NCBI GenBank assembly: GCA_951406725.2
Contig: OX597814.1
Coordinates: forward strand, 54,436,001 to 54,500,000
Origin: Octopus vulgaris
Taxonomy: Eukaryota
Reading direction: 5' to 3'
Length of the DNA stretch: 64,000 nt
Position 1 is the first letter of the stretch. Each line of letters opens with the position of its first letter. The notes under the pieces are model-generated. The model was given only the letters and a program-made list of their open reading frames with translations. It did no database searches and was not told where the DNA came from. Positions 56,001 through 64,000 of this stretch are shown here, one piece after another. Position numbers and translations under genes: made by a program.

Positions 56001-56353
56001 TATTTATTTTCAAAATTTATTGAAACTAAGGCAATGTATTTTAACAGAAATATGGTAATAAAAGGGTTAAATACTTGCAATAGAGTGAATTCTGCTAAAG
56101 GCACTCAAGGATCGGACAATGGTGTTAAACCAGACAACAGATTAAATGTCATCTAATGTAAAAAAAATGGATAGTAAACTTTAATATTAAAGTAAGAAAA
56201 TATTACCTTTTCTCTTTGAAGGATCATCTCGCGTACTGATTGAATGCTGTTATTTTCAAATGAAGAATGGCCTTCATTTGTAGGAGTCAATGAATTGTGG
56301 TGATCAGTGGAACTTTTGTAACTGAGTGAAGCATCTTCATCATGAAGACTCAT
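31956..56353 (-). CDS. Uncharacterised coiled-coil protein, about 666 aa; join(56353-56207,52649-51984,50532-50264,49686-49596,48025-47945,47341-47258,45898-45764,43677-43605,37130-37052,36247-36085,33151-33018,32034-31956)
   Basis: Twelve exons, each with a pyrimidine tract+AG and a GT donor. Phases 0,0,2,0,0,0,0,1,2,0,2 chain without an internal stop (2001 nt). S/T/N/D-rich N-terminal half, heptad-rich C-terminal half. The first exon has an acceptor one base before the ATG, so upstream exon(s) exist and the N-terminus is uncertain. Confidence 0.85.
33018..33151 (-). CDS. Coiled-coil gene exon K ([44 protein letters not shown])
   Basis: ttttatttatag|, donor AAA|GTAAGT, strong heptads, phase 0->2. 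Confidence 0.85.
36085..36247 (-). CDS. Coiled-coil gene exon J ([13 protein letters not shown]...IEEIM)
   Basis: ctcttttcag|, donor ATG|GTAAAT, phase 2->0. Confidence 0.8.
37052..37130 (-). CDS. Coiled-coil gene exon I ([26 protein letters not shown])
   Basis: ttcttcttcag|, donor AAA|GTGAGT, phase 1->2 bridges exons H and J. Confidence 0.85.
38775..39495. repeat. Compound alternating purine-pyrimidine microsatellite (TA/TATG/CATA with 20-mer tatatacatgtatatatgta) inside a SINE (about 38617-39690)
   Basis: Direct reading; it produces six spurious ORFs. Confidence 0.95.
40771..41199. mobile_element. hAT-superfamily MITE
   Basis: TIRs CAGTGGTTCCCAAA / TTTGGGAACCACTG and a perfect 8-bp TSD CTGTAAAT (40763-40770, 41200-41207). 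Confidence 0.9.
41837..43100 (+). mobile_element. Full-length (1264 bp) inactive mariner (DD34D, Hsmar1/SETMAR-like) transposon
   Basis: About 30-bp TIRs TCAGGTCATTAAGAATGAAATGTCC / GGACATTTCGTTCTTAATGACCTGA, TA duplication, inserted in a SINE. Confidence 0.95.
42023..43030 (+). pseudogene. Mariner transposase pseudogene
   Basis: K*VPHKL (WVPH), [12 protein letters not shown] and [16 protein letters not shown]; stops, frameshifts and an expanded poly-A tract. Confidence 0.9.
43605..43677 (-). CDS. Coiled-coil gene exon H ([24 protein letters not shown])
   Basis: ctctctccag|, donor ACA|GTAAGT, phase 0->1. Confidence 0.85.
44093..44432 (+). mobile_element. tRNA-headed SINE nested in another SINE (about 43940-44560)
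   Basis: A-box tagttcagtgg, B-box gagttcaattcc. Confidence 0.7.
45764..45898 (-). CDS. Coiled-coil gene exon G ([10 protein letters not shown]...NLKLAE)
   Basis: tttttacag|, donor GAG|GTCAGT, 135 nt, heptad pattern. Confidence 0.85.
47258..47341 (-). CDS. Coiled-coil gene exon F ([28 protein letters not shown])
   Basis: tttattcaaacag|, donor GAT|GTAAGT, 84 nt. Confidence 0.85.
47945..48025 (-). CDS. Coiled-coil gene exon E ([11 protein letters not shown]...LQIDY)
   Basis: ttttttccag|, donor TAT|GTAAGG, 81 nt. Confidence 0.8.
49322..49544. mobile_element. Palindromic MITE (TA-ended); partial second copy at about 16560-16676
   Basis: TAATATTTATCCCCACTTAAACATGGATGTTCTTATTAGAACAATCTTTAC ... 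GTAAAGATTGTTCTAATAAGAACATCCATGTTCAAGTGGGGATAAATATTA; arms about 90 bp. Confidence 0.85.
49596..49686 (-). CDS. Coiled-coil gene exon D (QDANAKRVP...NTSK)
   Basis: Long polypyrimidine tract+TAG, donor AAA|GTAAGG, phase 2->0. Confidence 0.85.
50264..50532 (-). CDS. Coiled-coil gene exon C (GNDNNKTVH...AFSY)
   Basis: attttcag|, donor TGG|GTAATT, phase 0->2. Confidence 0.85.
50951..51871. repeat. Purine-rich (GA) minisatellite with successive 18/23/18/12/18/20-nt units
   Basis: Direct reading; source of two spurious 314-aa ORFs. Confidence 0.95.
51984..52649 (-). CDS. Coiled-coil gene exon B (666 nt, LNKSVNTSS...KNDE)
   Basis: Longest non-repetitive ORF in the window; acceptor tttataag|, donor GAA|GTAAGT. 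Confidence 0.85.
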
Positions 56354-56354
56354 C
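56207..56354 (-). CDS. Coiled-coil gene exon A (MSLHDEDAS...MILQREK)
   Basis: ttttag|G ATG; donor AAG|GTAATA. Confidence 0.8.
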
Positions 56355-56490
56355 CTAAAAAGAACATTAGAGATAAATTTAGAATTAATATACAGAGTAT
56401 GGTCACCAGTGAAATAAAGAGTGGACTTATGATGATCTGTCTGATGTAGCTTCAATTCCTATTGTGGCTATTTCATTTAAACTCTTAAAA

Positions 56491-56715
56491 CAATGGTTCT
56501 CAATTGGGATCCATATAAGATTTTGTTAACATTTATGTGAAATAGTTTAGACTTCTACAATACACAAAATATTAAAATTTTTTAATACAATTTCTAATAT
56601 CTCATAAAAATACAGTAAGGTTTTTTTTCTTATTTATATTGAATGGCTATGGCAGTCTAGTAGAATAAAATAGGAATCAAGGGGTCCATTGGCAAAAAAT
56701 GGTTGAGAATCATGA
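56491..56715. mobile_element. hAT-like MITE
   Basis: Ends caatggttctcaa / ttgagaatcatg; 8-bp TSD TCTTAAAA (56483-56490, 56716-56723). Confidence 0.7.
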
Positions 56716-59413
56716 TCTTAAAATAACCTGACATTATGCTTACTGAAAAAAACCAAAAAAAAACCACTTAAAATATATTGTCAAATGCCATGCAGGGCAA
56801 GACCTTCTAGCCAAACCTCCAACTCGAGTATAATATTCATTCCATCAACCACTCTACATCATGGGATTCTTTCCTCAGATGAAAACCTTCATCCCAATTT
56901 GATGGAAAAGTGCAGTAATCTGGAAACAAAAGACACTAAAGCGCAAGAAAGAATCTGTTTATCAATGAACTGTACGTAGCCATCGTCTGACACTTTGAAC
57001 TGCAAGCAGCTCCCAGGTTTCTGGCTGAAGTGACAAGGTTAGCACAGGAGAATGTGTCAACATGTGGCAGCCCAGACAAGTAACTTTCTCCACTGAATGG
57101 GGAAAAGAGTTAACCCATCTGGACACCTACCACTGCTATGGTTAATTCCAACAGGAAACCAGTAGTATTGAGGCTCCTTTTAGTAACATCATTTAGTCAG
57201 AGATGATGAGGGGAACCCACTACATTGTGGTGATGAGGAAGTATGTGCAGTCCAAACTGATTGACAGTAACTCAACAACTCAACTTTTATGTAGCTACGT
57301 AGCTTACAGACAGAGACCAAAGCCAGAATAAATCTATACATGTAAACTCATAGTCGTGAAGAGTGCTAGTTACTGAAAGGAGTAACAGATCGAGCCAAAA
57401 ACCAGTTTGGCTGTGAGATAATCCGGAGGCAGAAGGGACAGTACTGGTTGTAAGATAGAATCCTCAACTGATATTGTTCCAATCACTTGATTAGCTGCTT
57501 CCTGGGGGACAGTAAAAGCATTGTTAGCCTATCTCATACTAACAGTCCACATTAGGCTTAGATGTATTAGAGAACTTAGGCAGTGCAGGATAGATGGACC
57601 AGTAATGCTGAGTTAGATAAATAACAGCCAAACCAAGTTTTACTTGCTGCTAGTGGCAGGTAAATTTCGCACACAAATGATGGCATCCAAATGTTTTTGT
57701 ATGAACTGTGCAGCAAAAAGGAAAACAAAAAGTGGGTATTTTAGGAGAGTAAAAGTAATCCTTAAACACAAAGAAGAGTTGGACAAGAATCAATCAAGAG
57801 TAATCTGTTGGTCATACTTGCCAATACTAATTATTAGCAGCCAATGGTTATATTTATATCACATGTACCAGAAAATATCAAATATTCTGCTACCACTTTA
57901 ACTACAGAACTAAAACAATCTATTTGAGATATTTATATTTTCTTTGAGTTTATCTGCTGCATTCTACATATAGGTACGATTTTTCTTTGGTTTATCTGCT
58001 GCATTCTACCTATAGGTACGATTTTATACAAGAAAGAAATAAGGTAAAGGACCATGAGATACATGGAAAGTGAAATTTAGTCTAGGTATAGAACCAAATT
58101 TGCTGCTGTTACTTCAACACTTACAATTCACAATTATTCTATTTGCATGAGCATTTAGAGAGATATTAAACCTAAATTGGTTACAGCAACAGTCTGCAAC
58201 AGTGAATGATATAGAGAGGTTGACCACAGGTTTTAAAGTTTGCAAAAGTTATCTAACAGCTTGCTATGGATTATCAAGAACAGTTATGACGAGCTTATTT
58301 TACTAGCATCTGGGCAGTATTGATCAAAAAGACCATATTTGCTCCACAACCATGGCCGCAAGTCAAATTAGTACAGTAGCAATTAAGCAGCAATTAGAGT
58401 TGATTTGACAAGTTAAGAAACATGTTTACTTGTTTGCAAAAATCATGTATTGATTTGGACCTCTCTGTTTGCATTTTGTGTCTGGATTTTCTTAGGGGGA
58501 AAAAAATCTATTACCGATTAGTCAAGAATGTAAGAAAATATATACTTTGAATAGTTTCTTAGTTGACCTAAATACTAATTAAACAAAAGGTATCAACAGA
58601 AGGGGTAGCGTGTGCACAACCTTTTGGCTTTCTGAAAGTAAGCAAAATGAAATAACTAAAGCCGAGAATCAAAACAATATGACCAGACTATGGTGCCCAT
58701 AACTATGTGGAGCTATGTTCATTGGTTTTAACTATTGATTTCTCAATACATTCAAGAGGAGAAATGAACAAAACTGATGTGTATATACAAACTCGCACAT
58801 AGAATGGTATCTTTTGATGTGGAATAAAGATATATTTTTTAAATAGGAAGATAGGACGATTATGCCCTTGATAGTATTTGTATTATATACAAAGTGTTTT
58901 CAGTTAGAAGTGGTAACTAGAGGTATTTACCACTTGATCAATTGACTTTCGCTTAATAAAACAACTTCACACTTAAGTTTATAGATATTATCAAACACCT
59001 ACTTAATGCATGTGCTTTGCTCGTTCATATTTAAATTTAAGTTTATAGAGTCAATTATTTGACCCCAGGTCAGCCTTAGCAGTCCTATGATCAAAGGCAT
59101 TGAAGCTATAACCAATGTCATTCTTTTACAGTGTAAAGAGGATGTCACCGTATGACATAACCTTAAAAGGAAAAATTGCAGAGTGTCATATAAAGATGTT
59201 TGACTTACTATTAGTAAAGTAGAGTGACTGATGTTCTGGCTTTCTTTTTGACTTGACCTTGTTTCATATTTCAGTAATAAAAAAAAAAAAAAAAAGAAAA
59301 AAACTTATCCTCTGCATACTAATAACTATAAAGAAATCCTGAAGGGAATTAGATCATTATTGCCAGGAATGTAATGGGCAAATTTAAAGACCCAGTCTTC
59401 AGTGACTCAATAT

Positions 59414-59466
<53 letters not shown>

Positions 59467-59910
59467 GATCTGGACAAAAGCTACATAATGTGAAAGTGGA
59501 TAAAAGCCCCATGGTTATATTTGTTTTTTTTTTCTCTTTTTACTTGTTGAAGGTATTAGACTGGTCATGTTGGTGCACCACCTTGAATTTTTAGTCGATT
59601 GTATGGACCCCAGAATATTGTTGGGGTGATTTTCAACAAGCAAATGAAGTTAAGCCTAGAAGGTCTCTCCACATGCTAGAAATAATAACCAAATCTTAAA
59701 TTTTTTTTTTATAATTTCGTGTAAACAAAAACGGAAATCGTGGTTATAAAAACAAAACTTATTTTCCAAAATTCCAATTTTAAGTAAACAAAATATATTG
59801 GCGCACATGGAGACGTAACCCTCCCACTTTATTAAAAAAAAAAATTTTATTTACGGAAATATTCCAATTTTGGAAAAAAAAAAGGGCCAAATTCGCAACT
59901 TCAAAATTTC

Positions 59911-60160
59911 ACATTATTTACATTCGACAGATATTTGACCTCATCTTGTTTGTTGTTAACACGTTTCAGCTGATATACCCTCCAGCCTTCTTCAGGTGTC
60001 TTGGGGGAAATTTCGAACGTGGGTTCTCTTTCCTAAGGTATTTTTCGATATTATTATTATTGTTCAGGTTACTGCTTGGAATCGAACTCGGAATCTTGGG
60101 GTTAGTAGCCTGCACTTTTAACCACTACGCCATATGCCCACGGGCATATGGCGTATTGGT
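59911..60160 (-). mobile_element. tRNA-headed SINE-like element with a hammerhead-ribozyme-like 3' region
   Basis: A-box TGGCGTAGTGG (60132-60122), B-box GAGTTCGATTCC (60089-60078), CTGAAGA..stem..GAAAC core at 59995-59963. Confidence 0.75.
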
Positions 60161-62049
60161 GACACAAATTTCCCATCCAACCGCAAATATCGGAATGCAA
60201 AAAAAAAAAAAAAAAATTGGACGTATAAATGTGCATACTGTCACACATCACATATCTACAAAGTAAAACGAAATTTTGAAAAAAGAATTCCAATTTTTCT
60301 CATAGTTAAGAGAAAAAGTGGAGTGAGGACACTAGTGTAGGTATGCCTAAGAGAAAATTCAAATCGAAATCAGGTCCTCAAACTGTAACACATCGCTAAA
60401 AAATCAGTTATCTAGAAAACCCTGCTATCACTATATTCAAAGCGAGATTTGACAAATATATCCCAAAATGATTTATCTGAAGTTGACAATCACACAAAAC
60501 TCAAAAGAAAAATCTAAAAGGGATTGACAAAGACCAAACCTCAGAAGATTCTAATAAAAATTAGAAATGCTAAAGAAATAAATTTCTATAAACATTCACA
60601 GCAAATTGATTTTCGCTGGAAATCGAAAGTAGCTCGCAAACTTCCTTGATCGAGAACACTTATCTCTCGTTTTACGTACCCACAACTCAGATTTAATATT
60701 AAATTAGAAACAAATTCAGCCGAGATCCACTTTGCCTTTCATTCTTTTGGGGTCCATGTTATTGGCTTACATCCTCACCTGAAATTCCTGGCCTTGTGCC
60801 AAAATTTGAAACCAATACGAAATTAAAAAGCAGCAGAATTGTTAGCATGTCAGGCAAAATGCTAAGCGGCATTTCCAACTCAATACGTTCAAATCCTGTT
60901 GAGACCAACTTTGCTTTCATCCTTCGGGGTCGATAAAATAGGAATACCACTAAGGCAGCAGTGTCGATGTAATCGACTTTCTTCCTTTCCTCAAAATTGC
61001 TGGCCTTGTGCCAACGTTTGAAACAATATTAGAGACAGAGTTGCTGCAAATGATGGCAACCAGATTTAATGATTTGTACTAAATTCCACATAGGTCAACA
61101 CCGTCTTTCTTTTGTAGTCGATAAAGATCATTCAAGATATTATTTTCCTAGAAATAAATAGCTTCGGTACGAGTGGAAGAATTATTTGTAATGTGTATGA
61201 AACGCAACGGCTGAGAAAAAGTATTGCATATTCAGGTTGTAAGATAGAATCCTCAACTGATATTGTTCCAATCACTTGATTAGCTGCTTCCTGGGGGACA
61301 GTAAAAGCATTGTTAGCCTATCTCATACTAACAGTCCACATTAGGCTTAGATGTATTAGAGAACTTAGGCAGTGCAGGATAGATGGACCAGTAATGCTGA
61401 GTTAGATAAATAACAGCCAAACCAAGTTTTACTTGCTGCTAGTGGCAGGTAAATTTCGCACACAAATGATGGCAGAGAAGAGCAAAAGCTTGATCATTAC
61501 ATTACTTCGCCGAGAACATGCTTCGTTGCCACCGTTCAATATTTTAAGAGAATGCCTGGTTACCAGATTATTGTTGTGAAAATGGGACAAAAAGAGAAAT
61601 ATAAAAAAACTTGGTCGTTAAGTCTTACGAGATGCTTGGACGAGGTTAATGACTTGAAGACAATAGTGACTTTGAAGTTACCCTGCTGTTTCCAATTAAC
61701 GTTGCTTAAACGAAAGCATAAAACTTCCTTTACAAACGAGTTCATAGGAGCCTATAGATGGTTATTCCACCTGCCAGAAACAGTCAAATCTTCCTCAAAT
61801 ACATTGTATTTAAAAATAAGGGCAATAGATAATGTAGTCCTAGATACTCATAAAAAAGACTGGATTGTTAAATGTGGAATGCCTTTGATCATAGGTCCAT
61901 TCAGAGATGTCCTGGAGGTTAGTAACTATAGACGAGTACACAGTATTATATATGTTCTTGTAAATCAAGATTAATGTTCATGTTCTTTAGGTCATGTAAT
62001 AAAAAAAAAATACTTAGGTGGACGTAAAGAATGTGGGCCGCGCCTTTTT

Positions 62050-62310
62050 TTTTTTTTTACAGAACCCATTCTCGAGGAGATTCTGATTCTGCAAAAAAAC
62101 AAAAAAAAAAATTTAATCCCACCCCCAATTCTTCAATTTTTTATAAATTCTTTTTTGCGAAATACGTAGAAAAATACGAAGGAGATTACTCCGTATTTTA
62201 CAAATTTCCGAAATATGTGAAAATTAAAGAATTTGGGGAGAGGGGGGAAATTAAAATTTTAAAATGCCGTGTTTTTGCAGAATCAGAATCTCCGCCAAAC
62301 AGTTATAGGA
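62050..62310. mobile_element. Palindromic MITE
   Basis: GGAGATTCTGATTCTGCAAAAA / TTTTTGCAGAATCAGAATCTCC plus inner inverted segments. Confidence 0.7.
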
Positions 62311-62696
62311 GATTGTTTTAACCAGACATTATTTTTAAAAGGAAGAGTATGTTGTAAATAAAATATACTCAAATGTGTTTCTACAACGACGTAAAAAGGT
62401 GGGGGTGGGGGTTAAAACAATGTTATAAGCTAACTATGAAATTTGAACTCAGAATAGCTATGTATTACAATTTCGACCAAATTTCACATCCATCTGCGAA
62501 TATCATAATGGCAGTGGGAAATTAGACGTAGACCAAAATGCTTTTCACGAAGATATCGTGTCACCGAATTAGTTTTGAGAGTCATTAACTAGGCTCACAA
62601 TTTTACTCATTGTCACACGGCTTTCATTACAAGTACTATTTTGATAGATTCAAATAATCATAAGAACATTCTCCTAGCACTCACTGATTTTGGGTA

Positions 62697-62730
<34 letters not shown>

Positions 62731-63059
62731 GTGAATTATTACTTTTTTTTTTATAAGAATACGTACGAAGTATAAGTTTTATTTCTGTGACTATCTTGTG
62801 TATACTTTCGGTTAGTTGAATCTCCAGAAATTTGATCTTTTTAAAAGGAAATTCTTAACTGAAAACCAGCATGTTTTAATGAATTATTTTTTTCTACAAG
62901 GAATAAAAATTAGTTAATTTTATAAATGAATGATACAAACTTATTGGGTGACAATATGGAGAAATTATTTTAGAACACTGGTGGAGGGAGGGAGGCTGGT
63001 TCGTAGTTCTCTATTAAATGTTCAACTTCCTTAAACTTTAAAATGGAATACAATTTTTG

Positions 63060-63776
63060 AGGTGCTAATGCAGTTTCGTACCGCTCCTTGAAAAATGTAT
63101 TGTTTTGAAAATATTTTTTTCGAATTCCTACGTTTTAGATGTCGGAGATTACGCATATGAGAAAAAAAAAAAAATTTAGATTTCATCTCCACCCCGAATT
63201 TGAAATTTTGATTTTTAATTTGAAGAGATTATAGCGAATTGACGAACATATGCAAATCGAAATTAAATATAGACAAAAACATTAAAGTGAAAAGGGTTTG
63301 CTTTTTCACTGATTTGCCTTAATCTTTTTCAGCCATTTATTTATTTGTCCGTCTATTTATACATATCCGTTTATATCTCTTTATACACATAACTATATAC
63401 TTATTGAATTTAAAATTTTGAAAACGTGGTTTCTTGCATATTCAGAATCTGTCATCGAAAACACAGGAACCCGCTGAAAAAGGAAAAAAAGTCGGAAAGG
63501 TTTGTGTGTGTGTGTGGGGGGGGGGGGGAACTATGCGTGCGGTCCACCGGAGAGGTGAGGTGAAAGTTGAAAAATTTAAAATTTGGGAGGTTGAGGTGGG
63601 CATTTTAAATTTGGAAAAGGTGGTTTAAAAAAAAAAAAAAACGGTAAAAGTTCAAAATTTTTCTTTTTTGTGCATATTCGTAATCTCCGACATCTAAAAA
63701 AAAAAAAACGTAAGAATCCGACAAAATATTTTTTTTTAAATGCATTTTTCAAGATGTGCAAAACTGCATTAGCCCC
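63060..63776. mobile_element. MITE with long imperfect TIRs
   Basis: gctaatgcagttt / aaactgcattagc and TTTTAGATGTCGGAGATTACG / CGTAATCTCCGACATCTAAAA. Confidence 0.7.
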
Positions 63777-64000
63777 ATTTTTTTTTTACCAATAGACAAT
63801 ACAAAACAACATAAATGGAAAAAAGAAGTCAATTTTTTTAGCGCCACCTTCGTTAACGTAACAATGGTTTTCCTACCTGTATTGCTATTTTCTCGAATAG
63901 GTCTATAAAATTTCTAAGAATAATAATGAATAAGTACTTTTATCTTAACTTGTAGTAGTTATCTTTACTGACTAAATCAGCTAAATATCATCCTCCATAT

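Noticed and set aside
57197-57265. C/D snoRNA-like pattern (ATGATGA...GTGATGA...CTGA with gtca/tgac ends)
   Set aside because: Antisense to the host gene, no D' box or recognisable rRNA guide, and it appears to lie in a LINE-derived segment.
57938-58025. 42-bp tandem duplication (similar short ones at 28297-28495 and 46635-46705)
   Set aside because: Two-copy slippage duplications without unique spacers; not CRISPR-like and no evident function.
60060-60140. tRNA gene
   Set aside because: A/B boxes are present but there is no acceptor stem or poly-T terminator; it is a SINE head.

Overview
AT-rich, repeat-dense eukaryotic genomic DNA. The SINE, LINE and microsatellite repertoire suggests a coleoid cephalopod (Octopus-like); this is inference. 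Two spliced genes lie in tandem on the minus strand. (1) TMEM17, a ciliary transition-zone membrane protein: 4 coding exons, 20438->6768, 191 aa. (2) A 12-coding-exon gene, 56353->31956, about 666 aa, with a long low-complexity N-terminus and a coiled-coil C-terminus. I assembled it by hand from phase-consistent GT-AG exons and cannot name it confidently. The rest is mobile DNA and simple repeats: tRNA-SINEs, RTE/CR1/Penelope fragments, a full-length decayed mariner, DD37D/maT remnants, hAT and palindromic MITEs, and two large satellites that generate most long ORFs in the track. Most notable observations: a tRNA-headed SINE-like element with a Penelope-type hammerhead ribozyme core; four (near-)exact local duplications of 114-240 bp resembling templated insertions; several intronic fold-back structures (candidate ADAR substrates); and X-box plus forkhead motifs in the TMEM17 promoter. 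No prokaryotic systems, CRISPR arrays, rRNA or intact tRNA genes were seen.
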